DNA of 64,000 nucleotides from Orbicella franksi (Eukaryota): NCBI GenBank assembly GCA_964199315.1, contig OZ116699.1, positions 30,628,001 to 30,692,000 of the forward strand, read 5' to 3'. Shown piece by piece: positions 39,321 to 51,201 of this stretch (position 1 is its first letter; each line of letters starts with the position of its first letter). The notes under the pieces were generated by a model. It saw only the letters and a program-made list of their open reading frames with translations, ran no database searches and was not told where the DNA came from. The position numbers and the translations under genes were made by a program.

Positions 39321-40514
39321 ATGGCCGAACGAAATACTCATTCGAAAAACGAGCTGCAGTTTGGAAAAGCCACAATGTACGTCATCTCTGAGCTTGGTTT
39401 ACAAACAGAACCATCTATTCACGGCAAGACAGTCGACAGCAAGGTGTTTTTCGACAAAACTGTCTTCTCAGGGAAGAAAGTGAGCTTTTCGCGTAGCAGG
39501 GCGATTGATTTCAGCTGGAAAGAAGTTGCCAACGCATCTGACCAAGCGGAGAGCAAGATAAGAATTCTAGACTTGAATGGATTCGCTGTCGATGGTAGTA
39601 TAAAAAGGCATGTCTCCTTTGAAAAAAAGCCATCTTTTACAGGTGTTACGGGCCAACAAGAACTCCTAAATCGACCTTATGTGTGTTTGGAAGCGTCAAG
39701 AGTTGATGATATGAAACAAGTTGTAAACGAAGGCAATCCGCGTGTGGCTCGCCGGGGTGCAATCCGTCATGTCACGGCAGCGGGACCCAAGAAAAGTGCT
39801 ACAGACGATTTCGACAAACTGTCGAAGCAACGACCTGCGAAATTTATAGAAGAGCGTTTTCTCGAGAGGAAGAACGCATTGCAGTACAGTTATGATGTAG
39901 ATTCACTTTCAAGGGAACAGAAGGTCGGAAACTCGAAGGACTTAAGTTTAACAAATGGTATTACTTCTGAAAATCAAAATGATTCTGAAAACCGTATCTC
40001 TCCCCATGGCGATCTTGCGATAATAGGAAAAAATCCTGAGAGGCCTGGAAAATGCTATTTAAAAAGAATATTTTATCCCAAAGGAAACAGTTATTTAAAC
40101 CCTAGCAACCCGAGATGCTTGCCACAAATATCAGCGAGATGGGAAACACATTTCGGGGCGATAGATTCAGGGAAACAGGTAAAGAAAGAGAGTTCAAATA
40201 CGGCAGAAACTATACAACAAAATAACTCATATTCACGAGAAAGGAATAAACTGCTTCTACCTTTAAATGTAAATCTAATGAAAAACAGCAAGAAACAAAA
40301 ACATCATCTAAAGTCCATTGTTAAACTTCCGACAGTTGTCGATAAGAAGACGGGGCAGGTTCATTTGTCTCTTGAAGCAGTCGCTTTCGAACAGAGTGAC
40401 TACAACAAATGGTCTCGGAGACGGCAGAGGCGAATACAGCCTGAAAACGGAAAACTATCGGGTTTTTCTTTCCCCTTGATCATTAAAACTGAAAATAAAA
40501 TAGACAGTTCTTAA
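39321..40514 (+). CDS. Uncharacterised intronless protein, 397 aa, basic and probably largely disordered
   Basis: 1194-nt open frame in AT-rich DNA with good start context (ATCATGG); rich in K/S/R/N; no domain recognised. Confidence 0.65.
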   Translation: MAERNTHSKNELQFGKATMYVISELGLQTEPSIHGKTVDSKVFFDKTVFSGKKVSFSRSRAIDFSWKEVANASDQAESKIRILDLNGFAVDGSIKRHVSFEKKPSFTGVTGQQELLNRPYVCLEASRVDDMKQVVNEGNPRVARRGAIRHVTAAGPKKSATDDFDKLSKQRPAKFIEERFLERKNALQYSYDVDSLSREQKVGNSKDLSLTNGITSENQNDSENRISPHGDLAIIGKNPERPGKCYLKRIFYPKGNSYLNPSNPRCLPQISARWETHFGAIDSGKQVKKESSNTAETIQQNNSYSRERNKLLLPLNVNLMKNSKKQKHHLKSIVKLPTVVDKKTGQVHLSLEAVAFEQSDYNKWSRRRQRRIQPENGKLSGFSFPLIIKTENKIDSS

Positions 40515-41857
40515 GTCCAAGCGAAGAAGGCAATAATCGAACTTTAATATGACAGACACGCTGCTAGCCATCGATACCTAAGACTATTTGGTGGAGCAAG
40601 TCAAATTTTTCGTTTCAAATTTGCATTTCGCAAAATTATACAAGCCAGAGCAGATGTTAATAAAAGTTAATTGAAAACTTTTGACAGAAATTTGACATAA
40701 TTGTTCTTTGTGGAACAGCCAAGAAATTAAAATAAACTAACAGGTAAAACTTGTTTCTTTTCTTTAGATGATAGGAACAATGTTATTTGAAAAGATTCTA
40801 TCTCCTTTTCATTTCGTGACAGTTTTTGGCTTAGCATTTACACCCATGCCCAATCATGTTATCGACTATTTGTGAAAATTCCCCTAATATTTCCTTTTGT
40901 GAATATTCTGTGGTAGTAAATGAGCGGATTCGTTTAAAGGAACTATACCTTTTTTTAAACTTTCTTCAATTAACAGATTAACTGGGCTGTTTTCCAAAGC
41001 CCCGCGGTTGCTGATGGCGAAGAAAATTGGAATGAAAGCTTATTCGGCGCATGCCCCTGTACGCACGTAAAAAGTAGTCATCACTGATTTGTATTTTCCT
41101 GTATCTCAAATTTATCATCATAGTCTGACAGATGGGAAAGCTAAAATCAAACTTATTGGAAAAAAAAAAAAACCAAAACAAAAAAAATTAGAATCTGACA
41201 GCAAATTTAATTTCACCGTAACATGTACAAGTTTAAGTTATTGAACTTTCGCGAGGTGAATAGTGTAATATTCTACCCTGCGAATTGTTGACATGATAAT
41301 AGGTTATGGGGAATCGCTCTGGCTTGGGACAAGCCCAAGACCAGGCGAAAATAGAAGCGGACAGCTAGATCAAGACCGACTTGCTCGTTGAGTGGAAGGG
41401 TGGGTCGCCAACCTCCGGAGGCCTCAAGTAGAGTGATGGGGTGGAACACGCGTAAATTCTTTTATATTGCCATTTGCATAATCCCCAATTACCAATAAAA
41501 ATGGTTTGCATAGCCTGCGCATTACGGAGGTATTGTTCAAGAACATATACCCTCGTCTTCGACCCGGGTGTGGGAGGTATTCCCTATAATGGGTTATACG
41601 AGGGGGCTCCGGCCGAAAGGCGTCCTTTTTAAGAATTTTCCGGGTAGAGGTATATAAAGGGTTAGAGTTTTACGAGATGAAGCATAGAAAAGGGTGGGAA
41701 AAACTATCATTTAGGTACCTAAAAGGCCTTTCAAAGTGCCTAGTAATATAAGTAACGAGGAAGTGCGATCTGAGGATTTCTTAGGGTAGAAACTTTCTTG
41801 TGAGCCTTTTTTGCAAAGATCTGCAAAAGACCTACCATGTTCTATGAAAGGTACATG

Positions 41858-42001
41858 NNNNNNNNNNNNNNNNNNNNNNNNNNNNNNNNNNNNNNNNNNN
41901 NNNNNNNNNNNNNNNNNNNNNNNNNNNNNNNNNNNNNNNNNNNNNNNNNNNNNNNNNNNNNNNNNNNNNNNNNNNNNNNNNNNNNNNNNNNNNNNNNNNN
42001 N
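41858..42001. other. Assembly gap (144 N)
   Basis: Run of N from 41858 to 42001. Confidence 0.99.
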
Positions 42002-42167
42002 GAGAACGGCTCCCCGTAAAAAAATTTGTTTTGTGCCACCCCGGGCCTTCGGCTCGCTCCGTACTGTAACAAAGGAAGCAATGAACATGCTTGAATAGGA
42101 ATTCAACAAGCTACTTGAAGAAATTCTTGATTTACAGACGCATTGGTGGTGTGGCTGAGAAAACACT

Positions 42168-43022
42168 TCAAGTCTTTTCTTTTCGTGACCAAATGTCGTA
42201 ATCACTCTCTTTGAAAGTGAAACATTCCACACAGCAATCTGGAATTTTTTTTCTGTCAAGATAATTTTCATCACCAAACTCCACACTGTTTTCCTTTTTC
42301 CCATAAAGATAGTCCCGTTTCGGCAATCTTTGCTTTTTCCCTTTAACTGGACTTTTCTGGCGTAAATGAGATCGAGGAATTTCGCCTTTCAGTCTCAGCT
42401 TGTCCGTATTCTTTGAATCTATTTCAATCTTAGTTTCATTATCGGTCGATTTGAAGTCTTCTTTCCTGGGTCTTTCGCTAAGTTTGGGAGCTCTTTCTGT
42501 ATTCAGTGCTCTAATAGCTTGCACTTTATTGCTTTTTTCTTTCAATCCAGCGGTCGAAATGTTAGATACTGCTGTTCCAACCCTTCCCTCTCGTCCAACC
42601 GGTCTCGCTTGCAGGCTGCAGATTCCCACAGTCATGCTTTCGGGGTAGATTATGCTTTTGCTCTTGAGATATTTCAATTTATCGTTTTCCTCAGCGGCGT
42701 CTCTGTCCTTTATTTGAAAACTAAATCTGAAAGGTGTTGATGGCTTTCGATACTCCAATGGCTCTTTGCCAAGGTACCATCCTCGCACGAGCCTGGGTCT
42801 TCGATATAATATTTGGCCAGTTCCAAAATCTGGACCCAGCAGGCCATTTCGTTTAGCAACATTTTCGGCAGAGTGGAATTCGATGCAACTTGTGCGGCGA
42901 AATATTGCCTCCTTGCCGCTACCTTGAACATTTCGCCCGGTCTGGTTCCACGACGTGTGGCCTCTGTTATTTTTGGTGTTAGAGTATTTTCTACAATGAT
43001 GATAACAAACATTGCGAGCCAT
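42168..43022 (-). CDS. Uncharacterised intronless protein, 284 aa from first ATG (MARNVCYHHC..), basic
   Basis: 855-nt open frame. First ATG at 43022 in AAAATGG context; the ORF track's GTG start at 43064 is unlikely in a eukaryote. No domain recognised. Confidence 0.6.
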   Translation of the reverse strand: MARNVCYHHCRKYSNTKNNRGHTSWNQTGRNVQGSGKEAIFRRTSCIEFHSAENVAKRNGLLGPDFGTGQILYRRPRLVRGWYLGKEPLEYRKPSTPFRFSFQIKDRDAAEENDKLKYLKSKSIIYPESMTVGICSLQARPVGREGRVGTAVSNISTAGLKEKSNKVQAIRALNTERAPKLSERPRKEDFKSTDNETKIEIDSKNTDKLRLKGEIPRSHLRQKSPVKGKKQRLPKRDYLYGKKENSVEFGDENYLDRKKIPDCCVECFTFKESDYDIWSRKEKT

Positions 43023-45733
43023 TTTTAAAAAGAAAGAAATTATCTCTTTGACGGGTATATACACGAGTTTGACCTAGCTGGCAAACTTCCCCTTCAATTC
43101 TACTTACTAAATTATTTCATTAAAAGTTTAATTAAAAGATTTCCTAAGCCTTGTGGCAATCTCATGATGTTTACTTTCTTTGACGTTCTAGTTGTCAAAT
43201 ATAAAGCTCCATTCTAAATGAACTTTATTCTCAAACCAAAAAAACAATTTGGTGTTCCACGGTTTAGAGCGTTATACAAAGGCTGAAATCTCGGAACTGA
43301 AATACTTTAATGATCCTGAGTTTTGAAAATCTTGCAATTATTTTTTGTGTGGAACAAAGAGATATTTTAGATTCTGGATTCTGCATATAACGATAATAAT
43401 ATATTTCTTGGCAGGTTTTGTTCTCGTGCTAAATAAGATTGCAAACTTGTCAAACGCTCGTTTGTCGAATTCTTAATTTAGGAAGACCTGCTCTAATGGC
43501 TAAAGAAATCATTGTACCTTAGCTGAAGCTACATTTAAATCTTTCATTTTTGCTTGTTTAAATAAATTAAGAGCAAATTTGCCCAAACTAAAATTGATTA
43601 CTTTTAAACATTTTTGTCCATTGGACTTGTAAGATCTCAGTTCTCCTCACTGATTTTCATACATCTGTTTTATTGTGAGTGATGAGAATTTGTTGGTCAA
43701 TCAAAATTATACCGCCATATTGATGATTTTCTTTATTCTCCTCACCTATCTTCTTGGAAATGTATTAACAATGCTAGCGAAATTCGATGTCGATTTTGTT
43801 TCTTAGATCAAGTTACGTGTTTTTTAAAAGCTCAGTGGTGATATCAGTGAATAACGCTACTAAATAGTTATACTAAAGCCCGTGACGTTGTTTTGCGGCA
43901 TATTTGATGAATGGGTTAAAATTTTAGCCAGCAGATTATCTGGTGTAGCCGCCTCCTGTTTGCGACAGCTCTTTTGAGTGTTCCTTGGGCCATTTCCGAG
44001 CCGACTTTAGTCTTTGTGTCTAAACGAGTCTACCCGCGAAATCATTCAAAATGAAAATATGTTCCACCTGCCAGTTTACTTTCGTGGGAATCAATCTCAT
44101 TTTGATGTGAAAAGGTTGGCACAAAGACTCGTTATGAAAAAGAGGCACTGCAACTAGGTCTATGGTCTATTGCAAGGTATTCACTTTTGAATGACACGTT
44201 GACGTGTACTTGTGGAAAAATTATCACTTTTAATCCGCAAAAAAGCTGTAATGGCTCCGGAGCTGTAAATAAATGTTGTCTCAAATTACTTTTTGTGCAA
44301 ATATATGTTGAGACAGAAAAAAAGAAGGAAGCACACAAATCTATCACTGTTTGGCAGGAAAATTAAAACAGCTTGCCATTTACGTACTTCTTTCTTGACA
44401 GCGTATCATATTTGTCTAGTTCTTTCGGCGTTTTATCATATCAGTGCGCCAATGGTGCAAATAAGTTGGAAATTTACCAGATCGTGATATCCAGTTACAT
44501 CTTATTTGAGTCACATACGTCTAAGATAGTGATATCACTGACTTGGAAGTTATTAATTTGCTTTGCCACCAAGATACTCAGCGAACTTCTCTGAACGTTA
44601 TTTGAAGTTCCACGAGGCTTTCTCTTTCGATATCTATTCCCACATTTCGAGCGTAATCCCACAAAAAGGGGACACTGTAGAAATAGCAGGGTTCTGTTTT
44701 CACGACTTGTTCCAACAGAAAAATATCCAATTATGTTGTTGTTTATCGTGGTCAATGCGCTTGGCTACATCTAGCTAGTTCACAGCCATACCACTTAAAC
44801 TGAGACAAGTCGCCTAATGCATGTACGTTTCAAACCGGGGGACAATATCAGAACTTTCCGTTTATCATGATGAGGCTCACGTTCACCCGAAGTGGTGTCC
44901 GACCATTCGTTAAGATCTTCTAGCGCCGGACGTCATTGTTCAATAATTCGATGTGATTAGGCTAATGATATTCCAAGCCATCCTGAGCTGCAGCTACGTT
45001 ATCACTCTCAAAAAACGTTATGTCATTAAAACTGACTGGTTTTCGCATACCTTGTATAGAAAGTAAGTATTTTTCCACGTTTTCTCTAGTTTTTATACTC
45101 AGTTATCACAAATCGTGCTTACTCAATCAGTTGTTGTTAAACACAGATGAGCGTCAACACTCGTCGATATGGGCAGGACGAGTCAGGTTCGTTTGAATTT
45201 GTTAATCACTGTTCAAGTTTAGATGTTTTTCTTAATATTTGCGACAGCTGATCGCACGAATCTCGTTTATGAGGTTTCGAGAAACTGCTGATTATTACAC
45301 TGGAAAACATATCAGCTCCTGTAAGCAGTTAATATCAGTATTTATTTGCTTCTCGCCTGGCCTGTTATCCCTGGTTTGCTCTGACCAATCACATTTTCAA
45401 CAAAATTGATAAAACTAATTTCGAAGAGGATTAAGGAAATTTTCATTATTCAGGGCTATATCTTGTCAATTTATAAATTTAAACTCGAGCAATTTTTGAT
45501 GCGCTATTCTCATTGACAACAATTATTTATTTTATTGCATATGATATTTTCCATCTTAGTTATGAGACTCAAAAGAACAAATATCAGTCTGTATCATATG
45601 ATAGATTACATTCGTAGCGAGGGGCAAAGTCTAAACCAATATCGACTGGCTTGTTCATTTGGTCTGCCATCTGGAATTTTGAACTTACTCTTCCTGCTTT
45701 GCCCACGAAAAAAATCTAAGCGAGTTCAAGAGA

Positions 45734-48700
45734 ATGATTGCCAGATTCATTCTCGTTTTGGTGTTAACTGATTTAACTTTCCTCTTAGCGGAGACGGTAA
45801 GCTGTTAAGTTAGGAAAATTACATACAATTTACGTAATATACTATTTTTGTGAGTACATGTACTATAGGCTTAGCTGAGGCCTTATGGGCCACTAAGTCG
45901 CAAGGAGTTAGGTGAAGGTGAAGTCCTCAGCAATTCTCCCATTCAGTTAATTTGCAAAAAACCAATAGTCCGGGTAATCTTTTATAGTTTAAAGTACCCT
46001 CAACTCTAGGTCGTGCAAACGTAAGAGAGGAAAGTAACGAAGGTATAAAGTATCCAAATCACTTTGACGACTTAAGGAAAAAAAAACAAAAAGGTTCCAA
46101 AAAACCCAGCCAATCTATAGTTTACCTTTTTTTATTTTTCTAATGAGGATTCATTAATTCAGCATGTTGCAATCAGCGGATCAGATCTTAAACCTTTGCA
46201 AACAGTTGGTAATGCTATTGCCTAACGCCAGTACTGTCGAACCTTCGGTTGCGACCACTTCTCCTCAGTGACCAGTTTTCCAAAATACCAAAGATTTCCA
46301 AGTCAAATCACTATATTTGGGACCTCTCGTAAGCGACCGCGGCCATTTTTAGAGCTAGAGGTTTGAAATTTTCTTTTGCTTTTAAACTCCCGTATGCGAC
46401 CACTTGACAGATATTGAGTAATAAGGTGTTGTTCCGTTCGCCTTAAAATGGAGTTTATCAGAAGCGAACCATGATACTCTGAATAACTACTTTGAAAAGC
46501 TCAACTATTTTTGAGGCTGCTAAAAGTGATTACATGGGTTTACATGGGCACTGGCATTGGTTTAAAGAATTCAATGGTTGCCTGAAAAGTAATACTTATT
46601 TTTAGATCGCATAACGTTTTTGGTCGTTGAACACATACTGAACGCTACAGAATGTTACTGAACACACTGGATGTTTCGCTATCGAGTTCCCCCCAGCAAA
46701 GTCTTCATTCGATGTTTACCATCGAATCTTATCTTTCCCGTACGTGTTTTTATGATTTATGTAACCAGTAAACTATTAAACCTCAAAAATATATTCATTT
46801 TTCTCCTTAAATAATTGCATTCATAACTATCGAGCTATCCTTTTTTCCGAAGGTTGAAATCGACAATGGCAACAAGGAAGTCTCAGCAGGTAAACACATC
46901 AGCTACACGCGTCGGTAGAGCTAGGGTCACGTGACAGGAATACGTTGCCGGCCTTGTCCTGCACGTAGTGCCATTTTGTTAATGCTTAATGCACATATTA
47001 CTGGTAAATTCCCCTAAGTACATCAGTACTGATGCGGCAAACTTAGAATATTAAAAAAGAATGCGTTAGAATGAATGCTCTTGATTGCCAAAATTTTACG
47101 AATCATGCAAAATCTTATCTGTGCTTGGTGACTTAGACGATAACATTTTATATTGATAAAATAAAACTCCTCGTTATATTATCAAATAAACCTCTTGGAA
47201 TCGAATAAGGCATTTATTATTCTACTGCATTTTCCTGTTATTGAGCTCCAAAATGGGACACCACTAACGGTATAGTACAGTCTCCATCGGATGTGTAGCG
47301 TGTTCTCTTGACCTTACATGGTTGAAATGACGTCATAGAATGCGGAAGAATAATTAACGAATAAAGAAGCCTGGACCGTGCTCTGTTCTGTTGTAAAGTA
47401 GGCAGGAAGCGGTAGGGCACCAAAGAAGTGCACGGGGAACCACGAAACGTCGACAAGCGTTTCTCCCTACTTCTTGCAGCTATGTTTATAGCAGACATGT
47501 AAGCTACATGTACAAATAACTCCGGTTTCAGTTTCGTTTGTCTGAGTCATAGGGGACGTTTAATTTGGGTCAAATTTTGTCAAAATGCAGAAGCAAAAAT
47601 GAGAAATTCAGCTTACCGTAGCTTGCCGTGCACCTGTTGTCTGAAAAAGCACGCTGTTTCAACCCGTTCGAGGGCACGTTACATCGAAACTTTATTAGAG
47701 TTGGCATGCAATTTTCGACGCATTTTTACATACTACTCAGTATTGGGTTATGGATGTCACCTTCATAATACGACCAACTTATGAGTTCAACGGCTCATTT
47801 CACATTTCACCTTTAAAACAAGAAGACAACACCACCAAAAACAGTACCCTTCAGAGAATAGACTAATTGCCAGGTGAACAATATTTGTTATAAATGACAG
47901 GCTAGAATTCTGGAAGATCTATAAATTTAAAGTAAAGTAATAGGCTCTATGAGAGTTTTGTGAGATAAGATAATGTTTTCTTATCAGGAGACAAAAACTT
48001 CGTTTCTACCAAGAGAGGAGTGATCGAGTTTGGTATCATGATTGGCTGCGCTACTCGAAGAAGTGCTTTTGATTACATTGGTTATGGCTGCTGGTGTGGT
48101 ATTGGTGGAAAAGGTACCCCAGTTGACAGTGTGGACAGGTGAAAACGTAATTTTTTATACCTGGTCAGTTGTTATTATGACGTGTCTATCGTTTTCGGAG
48201 TTTAGAGTCCTCCTTCTTGTACCTTAAACGGAACACAAAAGCAATAACTTCAGACTTTTTACTTGTCGATGCATAATTCCTTCTCCGCCTCCTCTTCTTC
48301 TTCCTCTTCCTCCTCCTCCTCCTCAGTCCTCTTTCTCTGCCTCCTCCCTTCCTCCCTTTGTTTCTCCCCCCATTCGCCAACTCCTTTTCCTCTACGGTAA
48401 TTTGTGTCGTTCTTTTTCTTTGGAAAAAGATCTATATCTTGGGCACAACAAATGGAGGATGTTTTTCAAAGAAGATGTGTCTCATTACACGCTCATCTCA
48501 ATCCCCGCCTGTATGAGATCTCCGCGATCTAGACAGACATAACTAGTCCCTAAGCGTTCTTGGCTTCGGAGAGCCTGGACGTCATCGAAGAGCACTTGCT
48601 GATGACGGGTTCTCTTGCCCAGTCCTTCAAAACAACGCGCTGACAGGGAAGCAAGAGAGAACACCAGGACTAGGTTGACCCAGACACTAATAGCCCAAGA

Positions 48701-50634
48701 GATGCATAGCCCGGCCACGCAGCAGGCTATAAGAAGGAGGCAAAATATGGGGTACGCTCCGGTCATACTCCTCGCGACCCGGATGTGCTCGGGTACTGAG
48801 AATCAAATGAGCTTGGCAACACAGAAAAACAGAAACACTAGTGCCACGTCATAACAATGGGATGTTTCTCCTCAAATTGTGAACCTCACATCCGTGGAGG
48901 AGGGAGATGGCAGTGAGAAGTGATTAGACACGTCTGTTACTTTAAAGTTCACAAGCATCTTCTGATTTTGTCTCGTTTCCGCAGGTGTTGTCGAAGTCAT
49001 GACCTGTGCTACGAGAACACCAAGGCGTCCAATGTCTGCCCTTTTAACCTTGCAACTTACTTGATGCCGTATTCAACAAAAAGCTGCACAATCTGCGGTA
49101 CGTAGTAATTACCTTATTATGATATCCTCAGCTAGCGATGCCAAACCAAAACAAGATCCAATCATTCATATATAAACAGACAACCAAACGAAACGAAAGA
49201 GCGAAGATAAGAACAAACGATCTAGTAAATGAATGAATGAAAAAAAAAAAAATTAATTCGCATCGGTAAGTAAGAAAGCGAGCAAGTTGGCCAGGAGTAA
49301 ACTGACAGTGAGGTAGGGAAAAATTAATGTATAAATTAGTGAGAGATCCGCAGTGAGAATTGTCGGGATGGGAGAATGAATGAATGAGTAGGTGAATGAA
49401 TGAAGAGCTGACCTGAACGGTTTACTTTTATATCTCATTAAATGATGATAAAGACGTTGTTACTTGTCACCTGTAAAATTGACTAGACTTTGAATAAACG
49501 AATGAATGAATGAATGAATACTTGGGGAGTGAGTGAGAGACCTTTTTAGCTTGGACGTTTATTTTCCCATTATACAGACCGCTAAGTAAAAGAGGTAGCG
49601 CGAAGACGAGTAAGTGAGTAGCAGTGATGAGAAGGACCCTCTTTGGCTGCATTTTTTTGGTTCGGGCTTCCCCCTTTTAAAAAGAGGGGAAGCGCGAACA
49701 AATAAATGCAGCCAAAGAAAAGCCCATTGTGTATTATGCAGGATTTGCGGAGTCCCTTTGACTTCCAAAAAGTCTGCTTGATAACTAAATCAAGTAGCGT
49801 AAAATAAATTACGAAATGGCGACTGTTATCAGCAACGTGTTAAATCTGCGTTAAATTCGTCGAACCAAAACATCACACTGTCCTTATTGGAAAGAACCCA
49901 CGTTCCCTCCACACCGGTTCCCATGCCTGGTGAGAAAGCCCATTCTCACCCTGCCCTCCCCTTAACCCTTTTGAACACCTCTGGACCAGCCACTGAGCAA
50001 GACAAGCGAGATCCCCCGGGGAAGTACTCCCTTATATGGGCTATATAGGTATATGCGGCCCCAAAGGGTATGGTTTTTCAGCCGTTTTGGTCATAAATAG
50101 GGAATTGATTTTGGCCGTTCTAGACTAAAATAGGGTATGGTTTTTGCACTCTAGTCTTGAATTGGGTACGTTTTTATAGAAGCTGCTTTTTTATCATTAT
50201 CGATAAGACCTTCAACAAAATCCCTTCATAAACTATGTTTAGGGCAACTGTGCCAGCTGCAACAGTCATAAATAGGGTATCGAATTTTTGTTCAGGTCGT
50301 AAATGAGGTAGGAAAAATCGCAGATTTTGGTCATAAATAGGGTAAGGGTTTTGGGAAGCGGGCTAGAAACCCCCACCCAATTTTTCTGGGAATACTCCTC
50401 CAGGAGTGAGACCAGGGTGCGATTGAGTGAATTATAATAAATGAATAAATGGTAGAAACAATTTAGCACTTCCAGTCAATTTTCTTTCCTTTTTCTATAG
50501 AACCAGCTTCCTACTACTGGTTTTGGGGCAAATGTCGTAATGCTCTCTGCGAATGTGATGCCACGGCCGCCAAATGTTTTGCCAGCAATCCTTACCACGA
50601 GAAATATAAAGGTTACCCGCAGTCGAAATGCTAA
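45734..50634 (+). CDS. Secreted phospholipase A2 (group I/II-like fold), prepro-protein, 5 exons, 165 aa
   Basis: Exons 45734-45796 (signal [21 protein letters not shown]), 46853-46889, 47988-48138 (..STKR|[29 protein letters not shown]), 48985-49097 (CCRSHDLCY), 50501-50634 ([13 protein letters not shown]). Ca-binding loop, catalytic His-Asp and distal Asp are present; 14 Cys in the mature part; 498 nt in frame. Confidence 0.95.
48286..48372. repeat. (CCT/CTT)n polypyrimidine microsatellite
   Basis: ctccgcctcctcttcttcttcctcttcctcctcctcctcctc... Confidence 0.85.
48485..48766 (-). CDS. Candidate 93-aa two-TM protein, terminal exon of an antisense gene nested in PLA2 intron 3
   Basis: GC-richer island with [51 protein letters not shown]. 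Preceded by a polypyrimidine tract and CAG acceptor (exon start 48795). Upstream minus-strand exon candidates: ~49840-49542, 49470-49413, 49221-49113. Confidence 0.4.
   Translation of the reverse strand: MTGAYPIFCLLLIACCVAGLCISWAISVWVNLVLVFSLASLSARCFEGLGKRTRHQQVLFDDVQALRSQERLGTSYVCLDRGDLIQAGIEMSV
50013..50404 (+). mobile_element. MITE-like repeat (CCCCGGGG-ended family) in PLA2 intron 4
   Basis: Left CCCCGGGGAAGTACTCCC and right GGGAATACTCCTCCAGG are roughly inverted; homologous to 8338-8690. Confidence 0.7.
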
Positions 50635-51201
50635 AAAAGACGTGTTCTTAAACATTGGATGAACTGACGAAATAAAATCTACACTGAACCCTTGTCTTGT
50701 GTACATTTATTGTAAAATTACTATCCCGCAACAAATAAAAGCACGTAAATATGGTGCGAATCATTCGTGCAATATATGTTTGCAAAATATTAATTTAGCC
50801 TGCTGTTTGTACAATAGTTTGAACGGATTGATTGAGTGTGTCAGCCCTTATAAGTATCAGAGACTAAGGCTATACCTGTCCTTGCGTATTCCAGCAAAGA
50901 ATAACACTAATAATATATACAAAAAAAACTGACTTTGCTGACAGTTGATCATTTGGTTGAAAACAACCACAAGAATTCCAGTATAACTTTTAACATTAGT
51001 TTACTGTGTAGCATGCAAATAAAAAGCCCAGCATAATGGAACTTAAAAGCAGTTAAACGAAGTTCAACATCTCATGGATGAGTACACACTCCTTTATAAA
51101 GGCATTAGACGAGGAGCTAAGAATATTCAATGTAGAGCCAGATCTAGAGCGGTTTGTTAACAAAGTAGACGTTCCTTTATCTAACGTTTCCTGTTTTTTT
51201 T

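Noticed and set aside
41711-42304. ORFs spanning the N run
   Set aside because: Artefacts of translating the assembly gap.
46926-46935. Perfect CLEAR/TFEB motif GTCACGTGAC in PLA2 intron 2
   Set aside because: A single 10-mer far from the lysosomal ACP promoters; insufficient on its own.
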